A stretch of 55,715 nucleotides of DNA from Patescibacteria group bacterium (lineage in GTDB: Bacteria; Patescibacteriota; Patescibacteriia; DYGC01): NCBI GenBank assembly GCA_036769805.1, contig DAIPKK010000001.1:1-55715 (forward strand), given 5' to 3'. The notes under the pieces are model-generated. The model saw only the letters and a list, made by a program, of their open reading frames with translations. It did not search any database and was not told the origin of the DNA. Positions 44,095 to 52,679 of the stretch are shown here, in pieces. Position 1 is the first letter of the stretch. The number at the start of each line of letters is the position of its first letter. The translations under genes were made by a program, and so were the position numbers.

Positions 44095-44989
44095 GAATTT
44101 GTTGAAGTCAGCAGTGGTTTTACTTTTGGGCGTTATTTTATTTTTGGCTGATTATTATGGCTTCGGCGCGGTGCGTGGTTTGGAATTTAATGATTCGCCG
44201 ACCGCCCTCCACGTTTATCTTTTGAATGTCGGTCAGGGTGATGCGATTTTGTTAAAAACTCCGGAAAATCAATATTTGTTGTTTGACGGTGGGGAGAATA
44301 ATATGATTTTAAATGAATTGGGACGAGTATTGCCAGCCAATCAACGCCTTTTGGATTATGTTTTTTTGACGCATCCGCACTCCGACCACGTTGGCGGTTT
44401 GCCGGCTGTTTTGGAAAACTACGATGTCGGTGAGGTTTATCAGACCGGAGTTTTACACACCAGCGCCGATTATTTGCGATTTTTGGAATTGTTGAAAGAA
44501 AAAAATATTCCTTCTAATGTCGTGAAGGGTGCCGAGAGCTTTGAGCTTAGTGGGGGCGTGGGGGTGGAAATTTTGTTTCCGTTGTCGGATTTTTCCGGTC
44601 AGAAAGTTGATAATTTGAATTTAACATCAATCGTGGCGCGCGTTTTTTATCAAGGACAAAGCCTTGTGTTGATGGGGGATGCGGAAATCCCGGTGGAAGG
44701 CGAAATTTTAGATGACAAGAAAGATTATTTGGAATCTTTGGCTGCCGGTTTGATAAAAATCGGGCATCATGGCAGTAAAACCGCCACCGGCTTTGAGTGG
44801 TTAAACGCCGTAAAACCGACGCAAGCCCTGATTTCTTGTGGGGTTGATAATTCTTTTAATCACCCGCATGCCGAATTGCTTAAAAAATTGAATTACCGTA
44901 ATTTGACGATTTGGCGCAGCGATCAACAGGGAATGATTCATTGTTGGACCGAAGCGGGTGCGGCTTGGCAATGTGAAAGTGAAAAATAG
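44078..44989 (+). CDS. metallo-beta-lactamase domain protein (ComEC C-terminal nuclease-like domain as a separate ORF)
   Basis: TM helix, then LNVGQGDAILL and THPHSDHVGG motifs. Overlaps comEC by 17 nt in another frame. Confidence 0.75.
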   Translation: MKNLYKNLLKSAVVLLLGVILFLADYYGFGAVRGLEFNDSPTALHVYLLNVGQGDAILLKTPENQYLLFDGGENNMILNELGRVLPANQRLLDYVFLTHPHSDHVGGLPAVLENYDVGEVYQTGVLHTSADYLRFLELLKEKNIPSNVVKGAESFELSGGVGVEILFPLSDFSGQKVDNLNLTSIVARVFYQGQSLVLMGDAEIPVEGEILDDKKDYLESLAAGLIKIGHHGSKTATGFEWLNAVKPTQALISCGVDNSFNHPHAELLKKLNYRNLTIWRSDQQGMIHCWTEAGAAWQCESEK

Positions 44990-45050
44990 GCGTTTGTTTT
45001 TTCGCGCTAAAAATTGTATAATATTTTTATAATTGTTTTATGCTAAGTTT

Positions 45051-46610
45051 ATGAAATATTGGCGGTTTATCGGTTTAACGGTGCTGGCGCTGGGATTGCT
45101 TTTCGGCGGGGCGCGTGGGGGGCGGGCGGCTTACGGTGATTATCGTAATGTCAAAAGTGCGATTGTTAAAATTTTGTGTACCATTAAAAGTGGGAATGAT
45201 TATTATCAATCAAACGGTTCGGCGGTTTTGGTGTCGCCGAATGGAAAACTGTTGACCAATGCCCATGTCGTGAAAATTCTTCCCAACGATGAAGCCTATT
45301 GTCAGGGTTCAATTATTTCCGATCCTAATTCTTATGATCCGGCCATAAGTTTCAACATTGATTTTTTCTATTTTGATTATGAGGCGGACGTGGCTTTCGG
45401 GCAGGTTGATTCCTCCAAAGACGGTTTGGATTATTATTTGCCGCAATCGGTTTATATTCCGGTTTATCCTTATTTGAATTTGGAATTTCAAAATTATCGT
45501 GGAGAAAAAATTTGGCTTTTGGGTTTTCCGTCATTGAGTAATGGTTCCTTGAATATTACGGAGGGGACGGTTTTGTATAAAGACACTGATGACGGACAGA
45601 ATGTTTTGTTTACCGATGCCGTGGTGTTTGCTGGTAATTCCGGGGGCGCGGGGATTAATGATCAAGACAAATTATTGGGTTTGGTCACCAGTTTGGAAGA
45701 AAAAAATCAGGTGGCGCATATTTTGGATATTGATTTTTTGTATCGTCAGCGCGAGAAATTATTACAAATTTCCGGGGTGGACGTGGCTCGGGCGCGTAGT
45801 TTCATTGATGAAATTTTGACTTTAAATAACGCCTTCAGCGAAGCGGTTGATCAATATCCGGATACGCAGGGACGTTGCATGGAAAATGCTTATCGTGTTG
45901 GTGAAAATTCTTGTCAATGTAACGATGGCTACATTTTGTATAATTATCAGTGTATCACTTACGAACAAGCTTGTCGTAATTGGTATGGTGATTACAGTAC
46001 ATTTTCCGAATCAACGCAGATTGACAGTAAAGAAGTAAAATTGACTTGTTCCTGCCAAGCCGGCAGTCATTTTAATGAAAGTTATACCGCTTGCGTGTTG
46101 GATGCCACGACCGCCCCCCCTGCTTGGTTGTTGGCTAACGTGAAGGGGCGCCTGCTCTTACAGGTGGAGAATCGTGGTCGCATTTGGTATGTTTATCCGG
46201 TCAATAACTTGCGCTATGAAGTGACCAAAGAAAATATTTTGCCATTGTTCCGTTCTTTGTCGTTGGGAATTTCCAATTCGGATTTGGCGCGCATTCCTTT
46301 GGCTTGTTCGTCATTGAGCGCCGGTCAGGACTCGGACAAAGATGGTTTTAATGATCAAACAGAATGTCAAAATGGTTACAATATTTTTGGTAGTGGCAAG
46401 AAAATAAATGACAAAACCTTGGCGGCGCGCGTGAAGGGGCGTTTGTTGTTGCAAGTGGAAGATCGCGGTCGCATTTGGTATGTTCATCCGGTGTCTTTAA
46501 CCGCTTATGAAGTGCGTTTGGATAATTTTATGGATTTATTCCGTTCTTTATCGTTGGGAATCAGTAATGCCAATTTGGGTTTGTTGGGGCAAGGAATTTT
46601 TGATAAATAA
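45051..46610 (+). CDS. secreted trypsin-like serine protease with a Cys-rich region and two C-terminal repeat modules
   Basis: Signal peptide. LLTNAHV (His) and GNSGGA (Ser) motifs. CxC-rich segment. Duplicated VKGRLLLQVE-RGRIWYV-P...LFRSLSLGIS module. Confidence 0.65.
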   Translation: MKYWRFIGLTVLALGLLFGGARGGRAAYGDYRNVKSAIVKILCTIKSGNDYYQSNGSAVLVSPNGKLLTNAHVVKILPNDEAYCQGSIISDPNSYDPAISFNIDFFYFDYEADVAFGQVDSSKDGLDYYLPQSVYIPVYPYLNLEFQNYRGEKIWLLGFPSLSNGSLNITEGTVLYKDTDDGQNVLFTDAVVFAGNSGGAGINDQDKLLGLVTSLEEKNQVAHILDIDFLYRQREKLLQISGVDVARARSFIDEILTLNNAFSEAVDQYPDTQGRCMENAYRVGENSCQCNDGYILYNYQCITYEQACRNWYGDYSTFSESTQIDSKEVKLTCSCQAGSHFNESYTACVLDATTAPPAWLLANVKGRLLLQVENRGRIWYVYPVNNLRYEVTKENILPLFRSLSLGISNSDLARIPLACSSLSAGQDSDKDGFNDQTECQNGYNIFGSGKKINDKTLAARVKGRLLLQVEDRGRIWYVHPVSLTAYEVRLDNFMDLFRSLSLGISNANLGLLGQGIFDK

Positions 46611-46618
46611 ATTTTTAT

Positions 46619-47320
46619 ATGAAAGTTTTAAATTTTTTTCGAGAGGGAATGAATTGGGATGAAAAAATCCATGGTGGTTTGGTGCGTGCTTTAAATCAGG
46701 GAAATATTGCCAAGGCGGTTGATATTTTTCAGCAAAATTTTAAAAATGCTGATGATTTGGTAAAATTTCCATCCATTTTGGCAGCATTGGAAAAAACTAT
46801 GATTGCTTGTTTTCAACCGGTTGAGCAGAGCAGCGGTGGCAAGGATTTTCATATTTTGGCCATCCCCCGCGCCACGCAATTGCGCCAGGTCTTTTTGAAC
46901 GGCACGCGCCCTGAATTTAAGAAAATATTAGCTTCGCCGGAATTGGCGGCGGCGGTGCGATCTTTCATTGTTCGGCAGTTAAAACAAGGCGATTATGATT
47001 CCATTGAACGAGCCATTCGGGCAAAGTCATTTTTAGTGGAGCATATGGATGTACTTGGCGATCGTGAGTTGCGTCGTTCTTTGTTAATCGCGTTGATGAA
47101 AAATTTTACCAATTCTGAAAGACTTTACAAACAAAATATTGATAAAATAGGCCGTGGCTTTTTATCCGGGCATGAGGAATTTTTTGAGAGTGTGGCTGCT
47201 AAAGTCGTTGAATTTTTCAGAAAGCGTGGAGACGAAATCCGTGCTAGGGAAATAGAGCAAGTTTATTTGGGAAATCCTGATGTCGCTTCCAAGAAATCAT
47301 CGAGTAAAAATATCGCTTAA
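46619..47320 (+). CDS. hypothetical protein
   Basis: 233-aa ORF with no recognised motif. Confidence 0.45.
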   Translation: MKVLNFFREGMNWDEKIHGGLVRALNQGNIAKAVDIFQQNFKNADDLVKFPSILAALEKTMIACFQPVEQSSGGKDFHILAIPRATQLRQVFLNGTRPEFKKILASPELAAAVRSFIVRQLKQGDYDSIERAIRAKSFLVEHMDVLGDRELRRSLLIALMKNFTNSERLYKQNIDKIGRGFLSGHEEFFESVAAKVVEFFRKRGDEIRAREIEQVYLGNPDVASKKSSSKNIA

Positions 47321-47322
47321 AC

Positions 47323-47356
47323 AAAAAAGCCCTGACAAAACGCCGGGGCTTTTTTT
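47323..47356. terminator. bidirectional intrinsic terminator
   Basis: A6-AGCCCT...GGGGCT-T7 between convergent genes. Confidence 0.6.
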
Positions 47357-47370
47357 ATAGAATACAAAAT

Positions 47371-47967
47371 TTACTCTTTGATTCCGTCCAAGCTGACATC
47401 AGTCAACAAAACTTCATCAACCACCTTGTAATTGCAAACATCATTTTTATCAAACCAGACTTGCAATTCACGTTCCGCTTCAGCCGGAGATTCGGAGCCG
47501 TGCACCAAATTGCGCACCGCGCGGCCGTCGTTATTGGCTAAAGAATAAGAATCAATGGTGAAATCACCGCGAATGGTGCCGACATCGGAAGTGGTCGGTT
47601 CGGTGCCACCAATCAGTTTGCGGCAAACCGCCACGGAATGATTGCCTTGCCAAATCATGGCAACAATCGGACCGGCGGTTAAGAATTTCACTAAACCATC
47701 TTTCACTTTTTGCGCGGCTTCAATAAATTTTTCTTCAGCTACTTCTTCACCTCGGGCCAATTCTTCTTTAAAGAATTTCTTGCCGACATTGGTAAACCAT
47801 TCTTTGGTGCTGGGGTAGTGTTCGGTGGCTTGTTCGGCGGTCGGGATGACCAATTTCATGGCGGTCAATTTCAAGCCGGCTCGTTCAAATCGGCCGATAA
47901 TTTCTCCGATTAAGCGGCGTTGCACGCCATCCGGTTTGATTAAAATCAGGGATCGTTCTTGTTGCAT
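47371..47967 (-). CDS. ndk: nucleoside-diphosphate kinase (long form with insertions)
   Basis: LILIKPDGVQRRLIGEII, GTIRGDF, and NLVHGSES (catalytic His). About 50 aa longer than canonical NDK. Confidence 0.85.
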   Translation of the reverse strand: MQQERSLILIKPDGVQRRLIGEIIGRFERAGLKLTAMKLVIPTAEQATEHYPSTKEWFTNVGKKFFKEELARGEEVAEEKFIEAAQKVKDGLVKFLTAGPIVAMIWQGNHSVAVCRKLIGGTEPTTSDVGTIRGDFTIDSYSLANNDGRAVRNLVHGSESPAEAERELQVWFDKNDVCNYKVVDEVLLTDVSLDGIKE

Positions 47968-48103
47968 AATGTTTTTATTAAATATTAGGCTTTTAGATTT
48001 GTAAGCATTGTAATATATAATTTGATTTCAAGCAATTCTTGTTTATTTGGGGGCTATTTGTTAAAATAAATATGGCTTATTTTTGATTATTAAGGATAAT
48101 TTT

Positions 48104-48589
48104 ATGGAAAATTCCGCTCCGATTGTGATGTCTTGGGATGAAGTTTTTATGCAAATGGCTCATTTGATGGCCAAGCGTTCCAAAGATCCTAATACGCAAG
48201 CCGGTTCAATTATTGTGGACGACTCGCATGTGGTTTTGGGTTTGGGATACAATGGCTGGCCGCGTGGCATCGCCAATGATGATTTGCCATGGGAGCGTCA
48301 GGGCGGTTTTTTAGATACTAAATATGCTTATGTGGTGCACGCTGAGGTTAATTCCATTTATAATTCCCATAAGGATTTGCGGGGTGCGACCTTGTATTGC
48401 ACTTTGTTTCCGTGTAATGAATGCGCCAAAACGATTATTCAGGTTGGCATTAAAGAAGTGGTTTTCGCCAGTGATAAATACCATGATGATGAAATTTGGG
48501 TGGCGTCGCGTCGTTTATTTGACTTGGCCGGCGTCAAATATCGTCAATATGTGCCGGAATATGAGATGGGGTTTGAAGCGAAGGAATAA
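48104..48589 (+). CDS. dCMP deaminase (ComEB-type)
   Basis: Zinc motifs HAEVNS and PCNECAKTI. Confidence 0.85.
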   Translation: MENSAPIVMSWDEVFMQMAHLMAKRSKDPNTQAGSIIVDDSHVVLGLGYNGWPRGIANDDLPWERQGGFLDTKYAYVVHAEVNSIYNSHKDLRGATLYCTLFPCNECAKTIIQVGIKEVVFASDKYHDDEIWVASRRLFDLAGVKYRQYVPEYEMGFEAKE

Positions 48590-48623
48590 AAAACAGTCGG
48601 TTTTAGCCGACTGTTTTTTTTTT
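48588..48623. terminator. bidirectional intrinsic terminator
   Basis: A-run, ACAGTCGG/CCGACTGT stem, T10 run, between convergent genes. Confidence 0.7.
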
Positions 48624-48638
48624 ATCGTAAATTTTCTA

Positions 48639-49319
48639 TTAAACGCTGATTTTAACACCAGGGCCCATGGAGGAGGTGATCACGGCATTCTTAATGAAAG
48701 TGCCCTTTGATCCGGACGGTTTGGCCTTTTGAATGGCATCGATAAAGGCTTTGGCGTTTTCCACCAATTTTTCATTGTCAAAAGACAATTTCCCAACCGC
48801 TTGGTGAATATTGGCGGTATCATCATTACGGAAATCAATTTTACCTTTACGGATATCTTCAAGCGCCTTAACCACGTTCGTGGTGACGGTATCTTTCTTT
48901 GGGTTAGGCATAATACCTTTGGTACCCAAGATACGGGCGATCGGCCCCAATTTTTTCATCATATCCGGAGTGGCGATGGCCGCTTCATAAGGAGCGTCAC
49001 CGTTTTTCATGATTTCATTGATCAAATCATCACTACCAACCGCTTCAGCGCCGGCATTTTTGGCGTCTTGCGCAGCTTCACCTTCGGCGAAGACGGCAAC
49101 GCGCACTTTTTTACCGGTTCCATTTGGCAAAACGACGGTACCACGGACCAATTGGTCGGATTTACGGGAATCAATGCCCAAGTTCATGTGGATTTCCACG
49201 CTTTGGTCAAATTTCACGTAATTGGCATCCTTTAAGATTTTAATCGCTTCTTCCAAGGAATAAGCTTTGTTCTTGTCAAACTTGCTGTAAGCTTCCGCTA
49301 ACTTTTTTGATGTAGCCAT
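48639..49319 (-). CDS. rplA: 50S ribosomal protein L1
   Basis: L1 family sequence (GTVVLPNGTGK, RILGTKGIMPNPK). ATG at 49319 preferred over the upstream TTG. Confidence 0.9.
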   Translation of the reverse strand: MATSKKLAEAYSKFDKNKAYSLEEAIKILKDANYVKFDQSVEIHMNLGIDSRKSDQLVRGTVVLPNGTGKKVRVAVFAEGEAAQDAKNAGAEAVGSDDLINEIMKNGDAPYEAAIATPDMMKKLGPIARILGTKGIMPNPKKDTVTTNVVKALEDIRKGKIDFRNDDTANIHQAVGKLSFDNEKLVENAKAFIDAIQKAKPSGSKGTFIKNAVITSSMGPGVKISV

Positions 49320-49375
49320 AAAATTGTTATTAGTGGTCAAGTGGCTTTTGTTAAGCCTCCCACGTTTATTAAATA

Positions 49376-49804
49376 TTAATCAACGACTTCCACGCCCATT
49401 TGACGAGCGGTTCCGGCCAAGGTATTCATGGCCATTTCCACGTCATTGGTGTTTAAGTCATTTAATTTCACTTGCGCGATTTCTCGCAATTGCGCTTTGG
49501 TGATCTTTCCGACTTTTTCAGTCTTCGGATTCTTGGCGCCTTTTTCCACCTTGATGGCCTTTAAAATCATTTCGCTGGCCGGAGGAGTCTTTAAGATGAA
49601 ATCAAAAGTACGATCTTCATAAATCGTCAACAAACAAGGAATAGTATTTCCCATTTTGTCGCGAGTCGCTTCATTAAATTTGGAGCAGAAATCCTGAATG
49701 TTCAAGCCATGAGGCCCAAGCGCGGTACCAACTGGAGGAGCGGGAGTCGCTTTTCCGGCCGGAATCTGCAATTTCACCATCGCTTTAACTGGTTTTTTCG
49801 CCAT
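49376..49804 (-). CDS. rplK: 50S ribosomal protein L11
   Basis: KLQIPAGKATPAPPVGTALGPHG N-terminal L11 signature. Confidence 0.95.
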   Translation of the reverse strand: MAKKPVKAMVKLQIPAGKATPAPPVGTALGPHGLNIQDFCSKFNEATRDKMGNTIPCLLTIYEDRTFDFILKTPPASEMILKAIKVEKGAKNPKTEKVGKITKAQLREIAQVKLNDLNTNDVEMAMNTLAGTARQMGVEVVD

Positions 49805-49831
49805 AAGATTCGGTTTAACTATTAATAATTA

Positions 49832-50377
49832 TTAAATTTTCTTGATTTGCAAGAAGTCCAGTTCCACCGGCGTTTCCCGGCCGAACATTGACACTAACAC
49901 TTTAACTTTTCCTTGCGCGTTGTCAACATCTGTGATGACGCCTTCCATCCCTTTGAACGGACCGTCATTGATGGCAACCGTGTCACCTTCGTTAATATCC
50001 AATTGATATTTCGGTTCTTCCACTTTGGTGCGGCTCAACAAATTATCAATTTCTTCTTGAGACATCGGGGTGGGGGTGTTGCCGATACCAATGAAACCGG
50101 TGACGTTCGGGGTGTTGCGCACCACGTACCATGATTCATCGTTAACGGTCATTTCCACCAAGACATATCCGGAAAAAATTTTTTCAGTAACCACTTTTTT
50201 CTTGCCGTTACGGATTTTAATCTGTTTTTCCACCGGCACTAAAACGTTAAAGATTTGATCCTGCATGTTAAATGCTTCGATTCTTTGCAGAAGATTTTCC
50301 GCCACCATTTCTTCATAACCGGCATAGGTGTGAATGGCGTACCATCTTCGGCCAAGATTTGCGACTTGCCGTGCCAT
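49832..50377 (-). CDS. nusG: transcription termination/antitermination factor NusG
   Basis: NGN domain (WYAIHTYAGYE) and KOW motif (GDTVAINDGPFKGMEGVI). Lies in secE-nusG-rplK-rplA synteny. Confidence 0.9.
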   Translation of the reverse strand: MARQVANLGRRWYAIHTYAGYEEMVAENLLQRIEAFNMQDQIFNVLVPVEKQIKIRNGKKKVVTEKIFSGYVLVEMTVNDESWYVVRNTPNVTGFIGIGNTPTPMSQEEIDNLLSRTKVEEPKYQLDINEGDTVAINDGPFKGMEGVITDVDNAQGKVKVLVSMFGRETPVELDFLQIKKI

Positions 50378-50383
50378 AAATTT

Positions 50384-50599
50384 TTATTTTAAAGAAATTA
50401 ATTGGCTTAAGCCGAAATTGAACACATAGTCCAAAACAGCAATGAAAGCGGCCATCGCCACGCTCATCGCCAATACCAACAAGGTGTCGTTGATGGTCTG
50501 TTTCTTGGTTGGCCAAGTCACTTTTTTCAACTCAGACTTTGTCTCTTGTAAATACTTGGAAACCGGATTTTGATCTGCCATAAAAGTTAAAATTATCAA
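50384..50599 (-). CDS. secE: preprotein translocase subunit SecE
   Basis: 71-aa protein with ELKKVTWPTKK followed by one TM helix, directly upstream of nusG. Confidence 0.8.
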   Translation of the reverse strand: MIILTFMADQNPVSKYLQETKSELKKVTWPTKKQTINDTLLVLAMSVAMAAFIAVLDYVFNFGLSQLISLK

Positions 50600-50663
50600 A
50601 TAAAAAAATCGCTAAATTTTGTTATATATTATAGAAAAGATTGGAAAAAGTCAATTGTTTTGG

Positions 50664-51086
50664 CTATTTGTCGCGATTTAAAAGCTTTTCATCGCGAATT
50701 TTCAAGTAATCTTCGTAGTTTTCAATGTAATCGCTGCGGTCCGGACTATAATTGGTAGAGGATAAAGCCAGGATAATTGTGTCTTTGCTAATGTCTTTAA
50801 AGTGATGCCAAATATAACTATCAATAAAAACCGATTGATTGGCATTTAAAGTAATTTCTTCCAAACCTTGTCCGCGATCCAAAACCAATGTAGCACTACC
50901 ATTAATAACAATAAATAATTCTTTTTCATTGTGATGACAATGGGCACCGGTAAAAACACCATCATCGTTAACTTGATTAAGATAATAAATTCTTTTTACT
51001 TCAAAATCAATGAAATCTTTTAATTCTATGGGCGTAAGATAATAGTTCTTGGTTTGTCCCAAAAAGCTTTTTAGATCAAATAACAT
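50664..51086 (-). CDS. WxcM/FdtA-like cupin (dTDP-4-keto-6-deoxy-sugar 3,4-isomerase family)
   Basis: Cupin core KRIYYL...GAHCHHNEKELFIVINGS. Sits 2 nt downstream of rfbB. Confidence 0.6.
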   Translation of the reverse strand: MLFDLKSFLGQTKNYYLTPIELKDFIDFEVKRIYYLNQVNDDGVFTGAHCHHNEKELFIVINGSATLVLDRGQGLEEITLNANQSVFIDSYIWHHFKDISKDTIILALSSTNYSPDRSDYIENYEDYLKIRDEKLLNRDK

Positions 51087-51088
51087 AT

Positions 51089-52108
51089 TTATTTGTTTAA
51101 ATGGGCGTTAAATTCATCTTTGCGTTTCCATAATTTTTCCACCCATTCGGTATTGTTTTTATACCATTCCACAGTTTCGGTTAAACCTTGTTCAAATTTG
51201 TCCGCAGTGTATTTTGGTGTCCATCCTAGATTTGTGATTTTGGTAGCATCAATGGCGTAGCGGCGGTCATGGCCGGGACGATCGGCAACATATTCAATCA
51301 TTGATTCATCTTTACCCAAAACTTTCAGCATCATTTTAGTTAATTCCAAATTGTTGCGTTCGTTGTCAGCACCGATATTGTAAACTTCTCCCGGGGCGCC
51401 TTTTTGCAATAATAAATCCAAGGCACTGGCGTGGTCGCGGACGTGAATCCAATCACGCACATTCAAACCATCACCGTACATCGGCACCTTTTCATTTTTT
51501 AATAATTTAAAAGTAAAAAAGGGAATCAGTTTTTCCGGAAATTGAAATGGCCCGTAATTGTTGGAGCAGTGAGTTACCACTACCGGCACTTTATGAGTGA
51601 CAAAATAAGCATGACACATCAAATCACCACCGGCTTTGGCAGCCGCATAAGGCATGTTCGGCATAATCGGGGTTTCTTCGGTGAATTTTTCATCCATATT
51701 TTCCAATTCCAAGGCTCCATAAACTTCATCGGTGGAGACATTAACCATTTTTTGAATTTTATTGGTGCGAGCCGCGTCCAGCAACATTTGCGTGCCCAAA
51801 GTGTTGGTCAAAACAAAATCTTTGCAACCGCCGTGAATGGAACGATCAACGTGGGTTTCAGCGGCAAAGTTGATGATATGGTCCAATTGATGTTCTTGGA
51901 TGGTTTTGTTTAATAATTCCAAATCAGTAATATCACCTTGCACAAAATGATAACGCGGGTCATTGGCAATGTCTGCCAAATTATCCAAATTTCCGGCATA
52001 GGTCAGTTTATCAAAATTCACCAAATAAATGTCAGGATGATTTTCCAACATGTGATGAATAAAATTTGAGCCGATAAAACCGGCGCCTCCGGTTACAAGT
52101 AAGCGCAT
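51089..52108 (-). CDS. rfbB: dTDP-glucose 4,6-dehydratase
   Basis: Rossmann motif VTGGAGFIGSNF, catalytic YAAAK, and overall RmlB length. Confidence 0.9.
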   Translation of the reverse strand: MRLLVTGGAGFIGSNFIHHMLENHPDIYLVNFDKLTYAGNLDNLADIANDPRYHFVQGDITDLELLNKTIQEHQLDHIINFAAETHVDRSIHGGCKDFVLTNTLGTQMLLDAARTNKIQKMVNVSTDEVYGALELENMDEKFTEETPIMPNMPYAAAKAGGDLMCHAYFVTHKVPVVVTHCSNNYGPFQFPEKLIPFFTFKLLKNEKVPMYGDGLNVRDWIHVRDHASALDLLLQKGAPGEVYNIGADNERNNLELTKMMLKVLGKDESMIEYVADRPGHDRRYAIDATKITNLGWTPKYTADKFEQGLTETVEWYKNNTEWVEKLWKRKDEFNAHLNK

Positions 52109-52243
52109 ATTTTTTTATTGTTAAAAATTATTTTTTGCTTAACATAAGGGTATAAAAAAAAGCGATAACTGTCAATTTGTAGATTTTTTTGACACCCCGC
52201 CTTATTTTTGCGATGATATTAGTCTGTGGAAAAGGAGGGGACC

Positions 52244-52498
52244 ATGGATATTCAAGAATTGACCGATAAGCAGATGCTTTGGTTGAGAAATAATGCTGAA
52301 GAAGGGAAGGGTTTTTTTGTTGTTAAAGAGATGTTTTTAAAAGGTAGTCATTTCTGCAAGTTGGCTGATGACACTTCACAGCTGTTTACTTGCCAGTTTC
52401 ATTGCCGGAGCAAATTAAAATGTGCCGCTGAAAAGCGACATCTGAAGTTTGCCAATGGGCAATGCGGTCTTTATGAGGGGCCGCGTGATAAGAAGTGA
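52244..52498 (+). CDS. small Cys-rich hypothetical protein (84 aa)
   Basis: ATG preceded by the canonical SD AAGGAGGGG. Five cysteines (FCK, TCQFHC, KC, QCG). Followed by a strong terminator. Confidence 0.5.
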   Translation: MDIQELTDKQMLWLRNNAEEGKGFFVVKEMFLKGSHFCKLADDTSQLFTCQFHCRSKLKCAAEKRHLKFANGQCGLYEGPRDKK

Positions 52499-52508
52499 TT
52501 TTTTCAGT

Positions 52509-52534
52509 GAGGATGTGAACATCCTCTTTTTTTT
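52509..52534 (+). terminator. intrinsic terminator
   Basis: GAGGATG-TGAA-CATCCTC stem followed by a T8 run. Confidence 0.75.
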
Positions 52535-52536
52535 AT

Positions 52537-52563
52537 AAAAAAAAAGCCACGTTGCGACGTGGC
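52537..52563 (-). terminator. terminator-like hairpin oriented for the minus strand
   Basis: A9 run then GCCACGT-TGCG-ACGTGGC. Read on the minus strand, the hairpin is followed by T9. Confidence 0.45.
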
Positions 52564-52615
52564 GGATGTAGCGTGGTTCGTCCATGGTTTTCCCCCCTGT
52601 TTTGTGTTGTTATTG

Positions 52616-52645
52616 TTGACAGGGAGAGGCTTGATTGTGTAAATT
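52616..52645 (+). promoter_or_regulatory. sigma70-type promoter for the IMPase-fold gene
   Basis: TTGACA, 18-nt spacer, TAAATT. Confidence 0.5.
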
Positions 52646-52679
52646 ATGGGTTGCGTTTTTCACACGCAAGGAGGGTGAC

